Assembly (NCBI GenBank): GCA_946405205.1
Contig: CAMJGL010000006.1
Span: 10,640-42,639, forward strand
DNA from: an uncultured Clostridia bacterium
GTDB lineage: Bacteria; Bacillota; Clostridia; Oscillospirales; Oscillospiraceae
Length of the DNA: 32,000 nucleotides
Direction: 5' to 3'
Position 1 is the first letter of the stretch. Each line of letters begins with the position of its first letter. Position numbers and translations under genes: made by a program. Positions 16,080 through 24,228 of the stretch are shown one piece after another. Under the pieces are notes generated by a model, which was not told where the DNA came from, searched no databases, and saw only the letters and a program-made list of their open reading frames with translations.

Positions 16080-16976
16080 ATGAGTAATTTCGATGATATT
16101 TTTGAAGGCAATGCCTCCCGGAAAGGCCAGACCAACCAGCCCTTTGACAAGGAGGCATGGGCTGAGAAAAAGCAAGCCGAGCGTCAGGCAGTCTACGACC
16201 TTGCCGATACCACGGCAGAAGCCGTCAGCGCAAACGGCAGTAAATTTCAGGCGTATCTGGATGTGCAGACCCGTTTCAGCCGTTATTCTGCCACCAATGT
16301 GCTGCTGATCTTGGCACAGAAGCCGGACGCCACCCAACTGAAAGACTTTGACGGTTGGAAAGACGCCGGTGCTTCCATCAAGCGTCAGCAGAAAGGCATT
16401 TCCATTCTGGAACCCGGCGAGGAATATGAGCGTGAGGACGGTTCTATCGGAACCTCCTACAATGTGAAACGGGTCTTTGATATTTCCCAGACCACTGCAC
16501 GGGTCAAGGTGCAGCCCTCTGTCAGCATGGATGACCGGCTGCTTTTGAAAGCCCTGATCTCCCGTCCGACCGTGCCGATGCAGATGGTGGACGATCTGCC
16601 GAACCACATGGGCGCACTGTACGACCATGACCAGCAGGTGATTTTCGTGCGCCGGGGCATGAATGCCGCCGATATTTTCCGCAGCGTTTCCAAGGAACTG
16701 GCTCATGCGGAGATCGCCGCTGTGACCAAGGACTACACCCGTGAGGGCGCAGCCTTTGCCGCATACAGCGTTTCCTATATACTCTGCAGGGAATACGGCG
16801 TTGACGCCAGCGGTTATGATTTCAGCCGCCTGCCCGACAGCTTCCGGGAGAGCGATGCCCAGGGCGTCCGTGCCGCGCTGTCGGAAATCCGGGATACTGC
16901 CGGGAATATCTCCAGCCGCATGAGCCGTGCGCTGGAACAGAACCGCCAGCCCAAATCCAAAGAACAGGAGCGCTAA
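16080..16976 (+). CDS. ArdC-N-like ssDNA-binding domain protein
   Basis: FSRYSATNVLLILAQKPDATQLKDFDGWKDAGASIKRQQKGISILEP matches the ArdC N-terminal (DUF1738-type) pattern YSxxNxxLLxxQ...WxxxGxxVxKGxKGI. No clear HExxH motif was seen in the C-terminal half. Confidence 0.6.
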   Translation: MSNFDDIFEGNASRKGQTNQPFDKEAWAEKKQAERQAVYDLADTTAEAVSANGSKFQAYLDVQTRFSRYSATNVLLILAQKPDATQLKDFDGWKDAGASIKRQQKGISILEPGEEYEREDGSIGTSYNVKRVFDISQTTARVKVQPSVSMDDRLLLKALISRPTVPMQMVDDLPNHMGALYDHDQQVIFVRRGMNAADIFRSVSKELAHAEIAAVTKDYTREGAAFAAYSVSYILCREYGVDASGYDFSRLPDSFRESDAQGVRAALSEIRDTAGNISSRMSRALEQNRQPKSKEQER

Positions 16977-16979
16977 GGT

Positions 16980-17168
16980 ATGGGGAAAGAAGAAAAACGT
17001 GTCCTCACGCTGGACAAATACGAGCATGGCGTTGTGGTCAACGCCCTCAATGAAATGCGAAACGACCTTCTGGAAGAACAGCGTTCCACGGACATCGTGG
17101 ATGAGGTGCTGTTAAAAGCCATTGATGCCCCCACAAAGAAGGTGCGAGGACGAGATGAAGCAAGATAA
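16980..17168 (+). CDS. Small conserved hypothetical protein (62 aa)
   Basis: It begins 4 nt after the preceding stop and overlaps the coupling-protein start. Its position fits the operon, and no family was recognised. Confidence 0.5.
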   Translation: MGKEEKRVLTLDKYEHGVVVNALNEMRNDLLEEQRSTDIVDEVLLKAIDAPTKKVRGRDEAR

Positions 17169-18954
17169 CCGCCAGACGCAGCTTATTCTCTGCCTGTTCG
17201 GTATTTTTCCTGTGGTATGGCTGGGGCTTCTCATAGCCCCGGCTGTATCGGGCGGATTGCCGGAGATCATCACAGCGTTTCCGGTAGCGATGAATGACCC
17301 ATTTCATATCGTGCTTTGTGAGGACAGCCTGAAAACTGTCCTCATTGCTTTATGCGCGTATGGAATGGGCATCGGCATCTATTTCTCCACCCGGCGCAAC
17401 TACCGTAAGGGTGAAGAACACGGCTCTGCCAAGTGGGGCGACGCCAGAACCGTGGACAAGAAATACCGGGATAAAAGGCCGGAGCAAAACAAGCTGTTTA
17501 CGCAGAATGTACGCATGGGTCTGGACGGAAGAAAGCACCGGCGAAATCTCAATACGGTAGTCATCGGAGGCAGCGGTGCGGGCAAGAGCTTCAACCTCGC
17601 CAAGCCCAATCTCATGCAGGCCAACACCTCATTCGTGGTGCTTGACCCCAAGGGTGAGCTGGTCAGGGATACCGGGTATCTGCTGGAGCAGAAAGGGTAT
17701 GAAGTCCGGGTGCTGGATCTTCTGAACATGGAAAAGAGCTTCTGCTACAATCCTTTTGTCTACCTCCGGGATGACAACGATGTGCAAAGGCTCGTCACCA
17801 ACCTGTTTAAGTCCACTACCCCCAAGGGAAGCCAGTCACAAGACCCCTTTTGGGATACGGCAGCCAGTATGCTTCTTCTGGCGCTCATTTTCTACTTGAA
17901 GTATGAAGCGCCGGAGGACGAGCAGAACTTCCCAATGGTCATGGAAATGCTGCGGGCCGCAGAAGTCCGGGAGGATGATGACTGCTATCAGTCACCGCTT
18001 GACGAGCTGTTTGAACGGCTGGAGATGCAAAATCCCGACCACATCGCGGTCAAGTATTACAAGGACTATCATTCCGGCAGCGCCAAGACCCTGAAATCCA
18101 TTCAGATCACCCTTGCTGCAAGACTGGAGAAATTCAACCTTTCCTCTCTGGCGGCGCTGACTGCCACGGACGAGCTGGAGCTTCCTTCTCTGGGTGAAAA
18201 GAAAGTGGCGCTGTTTGCGCTGATCCCGGACAACGATACCAGCTTCAATTTTTTGGTGTCCATCCTTTATACGCAGATCTTCCAACAGCTATTCTGGCTG
18301 GCAGACCACAAGTATGGTGGGAGCCTGCCGGTTCCTGTCCACTTCCTGATGGACGAGTTTGCGAATGTGAGCCTGCCGGATGACTTCGATAAGATACTGG
18401 CGACCATGCGCTCCCGGAATGTGAGCGTGACCATTATCCTGCAAAACATCGCCCAGCTAAAGGCGCTGTTTGAAAAGCAGTGGGAGAGCATTCTGGGCAA
18501 CTGTGACGAAATGCTCTACTTGGGAGGAAACGAAACCAGCACGCACAAGCTGATCTCAGAATCCTACCTTGGAAAATCCACGATTGACACCAACACCTAC
18601 GGTAAGTCCAGCGGGCGCAGCGGCAATTACAGCACCAACTACCAGATCACCGGGCGTGAGCTGATGACGCCGGACGAGGTACGCATGATGGACAACTGTT
18701 ATGCGCTGCTGTTTATCCGTGGCGAGCGTCCGATTATGGACGAAAAGTACAATCCGCTGAAACACCCCAATGTGGCCCTGACCGCTTTGGGAGGCGCACC
18801 AACCTATGAGCATGGCAAGACTGACCATGTGACCGCAACAATCTCTATCGGCGCTGTGACCGAATCCGAATTGCCGGAGCCGGAAACCGCCGTGGATGAT
18901 ACCATGGAGCTTCTGTCCAACGAGGAGATAGAGGCTCTTTTTCATTTAATCTAA
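17155..18954 (+). CDS. Type IV coupling protein (VirD4/TraG family)
   Basis: Two N-terminal TM helices, Walker A GGSGAGKS at nt 17566-17589 and Walker B VHFLMDEFAN. The start was moved to ATG 17155 (GAGGA SD). Confidence 0.9.
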   Translation: MKQDNRQTQLILCLFGIFPVVWLGLLIAPAVSGGLPEIITAFPVAMNDPFHIVLCEDSLKTVLIALCAYGMGIGIYFSTRRNYRKGEEHGSAKWGDARTVDKKYRDKRPEQNKLFTQNVRMGLDGRKHRRNLNTVVIGGSGAGKSFNLAKPNLMQANTSFVVLDPKGELVRDTGYLLEQKGYEVRVLDLLNMEKSFCYNPFVYLRDDNDVQRLVTNLFKSTTPKGSQSQDPFWDTAASMLLLALIFYLKYEAPEDEQNFPMVMEMLRAAEVREDDDCYQSPLDELFERLEMQNPDHIAVKYYKDYHSGSAKTLKSIQITLAARLEKFNLSSLAALTATDELELPSLGEKKVALFALIPDNDTSFNFLVSILYTQIFQQLFWLADHKYGGSLPVPVHFLMDEFANVSLPDDFDKILATMRSRNVSVTIILQNIAQLKALFEKQWESILGNCDEMLYLGGNETSTHKLISESYLGKSTIDTNTYGKSSGRSGNYSTNYQITGRELMTPDEVRMMDNCYALLFIRGERPIMDEKYNPLKHPNVALTALGGAPTYEHGKTDHVTATISIGAVTESELPEPETAVDDTMELLSNEEIEALFHLI

Positions 18955-18969
18955 AGGAGGAACAAAACC

Positions 18970-19329
18970 ATGAAAAACCTGTTTCACAAGACCAAGAAGC
19001 CTGTTAACCACAACACTAAGCTGGAGCGCAAAGTCAAGAAGGGCTTCCGCTTCTACGCAACGGCTGTCCTGTCCATGACCCTTGTGCTGGGAATGGCTGT
19101 TACTGCCCACGCTGCCGGCGATCCCATCACGGTGGTCAACAACCTGTCCGATTTCATCTTTGGCCTGATCCGCGCCGTGGGCCTTATCCTGTTGGGTTGG
19201 GGCATCGTCCAGGTGGGACTTTCTCTCCAGAGCCATGACCCTTCCCAGCGTTCCAATGGTTTCCTGACGCTGGCAGGCGGTATCGTCATTACCTTCGCAA
19301 AGGAGATTCTGACCCTCATCACAGGCTAA
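18970..19329 (+). CDS. Maff2-family small membrane protein (possible pilin-like T4SS component)
   Basis: Signal-peptide-like N-terminus ending AHA/AGDP, followed by two hydrophobic helices (FIFGLIRAVGLILLGWGIVQVGLSL, LAGGIVITFAKEIL). The family call is from recall. Confidence 0.7.
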   Translation: MKNLFHKTKKPVNHNTKLERKVKKGFRFYATAVLSMTLVLGMAVTAHAAGDPITVVNNLSDFIFGLIRAVGLILLGWGIVQVGLSLQSHDPSQRSNGFLTLAGGIVITFAKEILTLITG

Positions 19330-19361
19330 GCGGTTATCACCAAATAATATCTGCGGGATAT

Positions 19362-19395
19362 GCGGCAGGGCGGGAAACCGTCCTGCCGCTGTTTC
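19362..19395 (+). terminator. Strong hairpin with a weak U-tract after Maff2 (possible partial terminator or attenuator)
   Basis: 12-bp stem GCGGCAGGGCGG (19362-19373) / CCGTCCTGCCGC (19378-19389) with one G-U pair and a GAAA loop, followed by TGTTTC. Confidence 0.4.
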
Positions 19396-19415
19396 GCTGA
19401 AAGGAGGAAGAAACA

Positions 19416-20252
19416 TTGAGTGATAACTGGGTTGTCCAAAATCTTGAGAACGCTTTGAACACATGGAATGAAAAGCTGGCGGAGATCTGGCAGCTCATCA
19501 CCCAAAGCCCGCAGCAATTCAAGGGCGGTGCCATTTGGGGCGTCATTGTGGACATCCACGGCGCATTGCAGGCCATTGGTCTTGCGCTGTTGGTGTTGTT
19601 TTTCGTCGTGGGCGTCATGAAAACCTGCGGCTCATTTGCAGAAGTCAAAAGGCCGGAACACGCCCTGAAGCTGTTTATTCGATTTGCGCTTGCAAAAGGT
19701 GCCGTCACCTATGGCATGGAGCTGATGCTGGCCCTATTTGAGATCATCCAAGGTGTCATTTCTACCATCATGCAATCGGCAGGCTTTGGTGCAGCGCAGC
19801 AGACGGTTTTGCCCGGCGAAATCGTCACCGCCGTGGAGGAGTGTGGTTTCTTTGAGAGTATCCCGCTGTGGGCGGTAACGCTTATCGGCGGTCTATTTAT
19901 TACGGTGCTATCTTTTATAATGATCCTGACCGTCTATGGCCGTTTCTTTAAGCTGTACCTTTATACGGCGATAGCGCCCATTCCCCTCTCCAGCTTTGCC
20001 GGAGAGCCGAGCCAGAATGTGGGCAAAAGCTTCATCAAGTCCTATGCGGCGGTATGTCTGGAGGGCGCGATTATCGTGCTGGCCTGTATCATCTTCTCGC
20101 TGTTCGCGGCATCCCCGCCGACGGTTGATCCCAATGCGGCGGCAGTTTCGATGGTATGGAGCTATATCGGAGAGCTGGTCTTTAATATGCTGGTTCTCGT
20201 GGGCGCTGTGAAAATGGCCGACCGCGTGGTGCGGGAAATGATGGGCCTGTAA
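19416..20252 (+). CDS. Polytopic T4SS membrane protein (VirB6/TrbL-like, CD0415/CD1112-type)
   Basis: TTG start with an AAAGGAGG SD. It has multiple hydrophobic helices and sits between Maff2 and PrgI/VirB4. Confidence 0.7.
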   Translation: MSDNWVVQNLENALNTWNEKLAEIWQLITQSPQQFKGGAIWGVIVDIHGALQAIGLALLVLFFVVGVMKTCGSFAEVKRPEHALKLFIRFALAKGAVTYGMELMLALFEIIQGVISTIMQSAGFGAAQQTVLPGEIVTAVEECGFFESIPLWAVTLIGGLFITVLSFIMILTVYGRFFKLYLYTAIAPIPLSSFAGEPSQNVGKSFIKSYAAVCLEGAIIVLACIIFSLFAASPPTVDPNAAAVSMVWSYIGELVFNMLVLVGAVKMADRVVREMMGL

Positions 20253-20274
20253 TTTAAGAAAGGAGCGATTACAA

Positions 20275-20640
20275 ATGGAGGTTAAAATCAACCGTGAAAT
20301 CCGTAGCTATACGGAATCTATGTTTTTCGGACTGACCATGCGGCAGTTCGTTTTTTCTTTGCTGGCAGTGGTTGTTGCCGTGGGGCTGTACTTTCTGCTT
20401 CGGCCCTATGTGGGAACGGAAACCGTATCCTGGATGTGTGTGCTGGGGGCGGCCCCCTTTGCGGCGCTGGGCTTTGTATCCTACCACGGCATGACCGCCG
20501 AGCAGTTTTTGTGGGCGTGGTTCCGCTCTGAAATGCTGGAGCCGAGAGAGATCAGGTTTGAGCCGGTCAATTACTATTACGAAGCCCTCAAAGGCACTAT
20601 AGAAGCCCACGAAAAGGAGGTATTGAAAGCCCATGATTAA
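20275..20640 (+). CDS. PrgI-family (VirB3-like) membrane protein
   Basis: MFFGLTMRQFVFSLLAVVVAVGLYFLL plus a second TM helix. The gene overlaps the downstream VirB4 gene by 8 nt. Confidence 0.7.
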   Translation: MEVKINREIRSYTESMFFGLTMRQFVFSLLAVVVAVGLYFLLRPYVGTETVSWMCVLGAAPFAALGFVSYHGMTAEQFLWAWFRSEMLEPREIRFEPVNYYYEALKGTIEAHEKEVLKAHD

Positions 20641-22987
20641 GACCCTGAGCAATCTGTTAAAACAGGATAAGGAAAAATACAAGGTTCCCCGAAAGGTGCA
20701 GGATGTGATCCCCATCCGGCGTATGTGGAGTGACGGTATTTTTCAGGTGGGGAGCAAGTTCTCCAAAAGCTATCAGTTTTCGGACATCAACTACCAGGTA
20801 GCCAGTCTGGAGGACAAAAAGGTCATGTTCCTGGACTACTCGGAGCTGCTGAACAGTCTGGACTCCGGAGCCACCACCAAGATCACCATTAACAACCGCC
20901 GTCTGAACCGGGCTAATTTTGAGCAGTCTATTCTCATGCCCCTGCGCGGCGACAGCCGGGATGTGTACCGCAGGGAGTATAACCAGATGCTGCTGGATAA
21001 GGCCACCGGTGCCAACGGCATTATGCAGGAGAAATATATCACCATTACGGTGGGAAAAAAGAACATCGAGGACGCACGAACCTACTTTGCCCGTGTGGGT
21101 GCTGACCTGACGGCCCATTTTGCGGCTCTCGGCTCCAAATGCGTGGAGCTGGACGCGACGGAACGGCTGCGGATTCTCCATGACTTCTACCGCCAGGGAG
21201 AGGAAGCGGATTTCCATTTCAATCCGCGGGATATGATGAAGAAAGGCCATGACTTCCGGGATTATATCTGCCCGGACGGAATTGAAAAGCACAGCGATTA
21301 CCTGGTACTCGGCGGAACCTTCTGCCGGGTTCTTTTTTTGAAGGACTACGCCAATTATATCAAGGACAGCTTTGTGACGGAGCTGACCGATATGAACCGG
21401 AACCTGATGCTGTCCATTGATGTGGTTCCGATCCCCATGGACGAGGCCGTGCGGGAAGTGGAAAACCGTCTGCTGGGTGTGGAAACGAACATCACCAACT
21501 GGCAGCGCCGCCAGAACGCCAATAACAATTTCTCTGCCACCATTCCCTATGATATGGAGCAGCAGAGAAAGGAAAGCAAGGAATTTCTGGACGACCTGAC
21601 CGCTCGTGACCAGCGCATGATGATGGCGGTGCTGACGATGGTTCTCATCGCCGATACCAAGGAACAGCTTGATGCCGATACCGACGCCGTGCTTTCCCTG
21701 TCACGCCAGAAAATGTGCCAGATGGCGGTGCTGAAATTCCAGCAGCTTGACGGTCTGAATACAGTGCTGCCCATCGGCAGCCGGAAGATCAATGCGTTCC
21801 GTACCCTGACTACGGAGAGCCTTGCGGTGTTCATGCCCTTTAAGGTGCAGGAGATTCAGGACAAGGGCGGCATCTACTTTGGAGAAAACGCTATTTCCCA
21901 TAACCTTATCATGTGCAACAAAGCCAACCTGCTCAACCAGTCGGCTTTCCTGCTGGGCGTTCCCGGTTCCGGCAAGTCCTTCTCTGCCAAGGAATTGATT
22001 GCCTTTCTTATGCTCAACACCGATGATGATATTCTCATCTGTGACCCGGAGGGCGAGTTCGCCCCGCTGGTGGAGGCGATGGGCAGCGACATCGGCACAG
22101 TCATCAGCGTGGCCGCAGGCGGCAAAGACCGTTTGAACGCCATGTATATGGTGGAGGGTTACGGCGAGAACAACCCGATTGTGGAGAAATCGCAGTTTAT
22201 CATGTCGCTGGTGGAGCAGATCGACAAGCACGGCGTTGGCCCGCAGCACAAGTCCATCATTGACCGCTGCACGGCTTTGGTTTATCAGGAAGCGGAGGAA
22301 ACCGGCATTATCCCGACCCTCTGCACCCTGCGCGAAAAGCTGATGGAACAGCCGGAGGAAAAGGCCAGAGAGATTGCCCTGTCGCTGGAGCTGTTCACCA
22401 CCGGTTCCCTGGATATTTTTGGTCATGGCAGCAATGTGGATTTGGATAAGCGAGTGGTAGTGTTCAATATCCATGACCTGGGTGAGCAGTTGAAGCCTAC
22501 CGGCCTTCTGGTTATCACCGACACCATGCTCAACCGCGTTACGCTGAACTGGAAGCGCGGAAAGCGCACCCATGTGTTCATTGACGAGTTCCATGTGGTC
22601 TTTGAAAATGAGTACAGCGGCAACTTCTTCAACAGCGCATGGCGGCAGTTCCGAAAGAGAAACGCCTACCCGACGGCCATCACGCAGAACGTGGAGTATC
22701 TGCTGGATTCCGTGCAGGCCAGCACCATGCTTTCCAACTCGGAGTTTATCGTCATGCTCAATCAGGCTGCCTCTGACCGGGAGAAGCTGGCGCGGCTTTT
22801 GAATATCTCCAATGAGCAGATGAGCTATGTCACCAACGCCGACGCCGGGTGCGGACTGATTAAGTACGGTTCCGCTTTGGTTCCGTTTGTCAACCGGTTC
22901 CCGAAAGACACCCAGCTCTATAAATTGATGACCACCAAACCGGGCGAAGGCGTGTTCGGCGGCAGAGGAAAGGAGGAAACAGCGTAA
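20633..22987 (+). CDS. VirB4-family conjugation ATPase
   Basis: Walker A GVPGSGKS at nt 21956-21979 and Walker B THVFIDEFHVV. The 784-aa size is typical of the family. Confidence 0.9.
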   Translation: MIKTLSNLLKQDKEKYKVPRKVQDVIPIRRMWSDGIFQVGSKFSKSYQFSDINYQVASLEDKKVMFLDYSELLNSLDSGATTKITINNRRLNRANFEQSILMPLRGDSRDVYRREYNQMLLDKATGANGIMQEKYITITVGKKNIEDARTYFARVGADLTAHFAALGSKCVELDATERLRILHDFYRQGEEADFHFNPRDMMKKGHDFRDYICPDGIEKHSDYLVLGGTFCRVLFLKDYANYIKDSFVTELTDMNRNLMLSIDVVPIPMDEAVREVENRLLGVETNITNWQRRQNANNNFSATIPYDMEQQRKESKEFLDDLTARDQRMMMAVLTMVLIADTKEQLDADTDAVLSLSRQKMCQMAVLKFQQLDGLNTVLPIGSRKINAFRTLTTESLAVFMPFKVQEIQDKGGIYFGENAISHNLIMCNKANLLNQSAFLLGVPGSGKSFSAKELIAFLMLNTDDDILICDPEGEFAPLVEAMGSDIGTVISVAAGGKDRLNAMYMVEGYGENNPIVEKSQFIMSLVEQIDKHGVGPQHKSIIDRCTALVYQEAEETGIIPTLCTLREKLMEQPEEKAREIALSLELFTTGSLDIFGHGSNVDLDKRVVVFNIHDLGEQLKPTGLLVITDTMLNRVTLNWKRGKRTHVFIDEFHVVFENEYSGNFFNSAWRQFRKRNAYPTAITQNVEYLLDSVQASTMLSNSEFIVMLNQAASDREKLARLLNISNEQMSYVTNADAGCGLIKYGSALVPFVNRFPKDTQLYKLMTTKPGEGVFGGRGKEETA

Positions 22988-22988
22988 T

Positions 22989-23393
22989 ATGGCAGAAATC
23001 AAATTCAGTTCTAAGGCACACCGGGATTTCTTTGTGGAAATGATGGGTAAGTGCCGGAAAAATGACACCTATCACCGGGCGTTCTTCTATGTAATGGGGA
23101 TTGCTTCGGAAACAAGAGCCAATATCAACCGGATGTTTGACTTCAAGAATGACTGGATCATGCCGGAGGGTATGCACGGCGGCTGGCAGACCAGCGGAAC
23201 CGTCAGGGTATGTCAGCTTGCCTTTAATCTCTGGAATGGGTACAGCGGAGAACGGCAGGGCGATGAATTTACGCCTAATGACCTGTTTTGCTGTGAGTTT
23301 GCCCCTTATTTTATGGAGGGCATCAAAATCAGATACCCCGAATACTGCCGGGATATTTCTGCATCTAAAAATCAACCCGATTATGCGCGATAA
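22989..23393 (+). CDS. DUF6075-like conserved ICE protein
   Basis: It starts 2 nt after the VirB4 stop. The motifs WQTSGTVRVCQLAFNLWNG and IKIRYPEY match my recollection of DUF6075. Confidence 0.55.
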   Translation: MAEIKFSSKAHRDFFVEMMGKCRKNDTYHRAFFYVMGIASETRANINRMFDFKNDWIMPEGMHGGWQTSGTVRVCQLAFNLWNGYSGERQGDEFTPNDLFCCEFAPYFMEGIKIRYPEYCRDISASKNQPDYAR

Positions 23394-23412
23394 TCAGAAA
23401 CGGAGGTACTTT

Positions 23413-24228
23413 ATGAAACAGAAACTTTTGCTTTGCGGGGCGGCTGTATTTGCCGTCCTTTTTCTTTTCTCCGGCATTATGCTGGGACGGCAGCTTTCCG
23501 ATCAAAAACAGAGCGCCGAAGCCTTTGACAATATCGCAGATATGGTAGTGGACGAAACGGAGCCGGATGCTACTGAACAGCCGGAAGAACCCGGCGAAAC
23601 GGTAGCCCCGCCTGCCTTAACTGCCTATGAAAAATATGCCGCCGTCTATGAGCAGAACCCTGACTTTGTGGGCTGGATTTCTATTGATGGCACCAATATC
23701 AATTATCCGGTCATGCAGACGCCGAGCAATCCTGATTTTTATCTGAAGCACGCCTTTGACAAATCGTACAGCGACTATGGCGTACCCTATGTGCAGGAGA
23801 ACTGCGACCTGGAACAGTCCGATAATGTAGTAATCTACGGACATCACATGAAAAACGGCTCCATGTTCTCTGACCTGTGCAAGTATGAGAGCGAGGATTT
23901 CTACCAGAAGCATAAGACCGTCCACTTTGACACACTGGCAGACTTTGGTGAGTATGAGATCGTTGCTGCATTCAAGACGGTGGCCTACTCTCAGGAGGGG
24001 TTCAAGTATTATCATTTTGTCAATGCGGAGGATGAAGCAGCCTTTGACGAGTTTATCGCAGAGTGCAAAGCTCTCGCCCTGTATGACACGGGCGTAACCG
24101 CTGAGTACGGCGATAAACTGATTACCCTTTCCACCTGTGAATACAGCCGCACCAATGGCAGAATGGTCATTGTTGCAAAGCTGGTGGTGCCGTCCGCTGA
24201 GGAGGTGGACGCCGATGCCGGACATTAA
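23413..24228 (+). CDS. srtB: Class B sortase
   Basis: GGAGG SD upstream of the ATG at 23413, with an N-terminal TM anchor. The motifs are YPVMQ, the catalytic-His region VIYGHHM, and TLSTC with its Cys codon at 24136-24138. Confidence 0.85.
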   Translation: MKQKLLLCGAAVFAVLFLFSGIMLGRQLSDQKQSAEAFDNIADMVVDETEPDATEQPEEPGETVAPPALTAYEKYAAVYEQNPDFVGWISIDGTNINYPVMQTPSNPDFYLKHAFDKSYSDYGVPYVQENCDLEQSDNVVIYGHHMKNGSMFSDLCKYESEDFYQKHKTVHFDTLADFGEYEIVAAFKTVAYSQEGFKYYHFVNAEDEAAFDEFIAECKALALYDTGVTAEYGDKLITLSTCEYSRTNGRMVIVAKLVVPSAEEVDADAGH

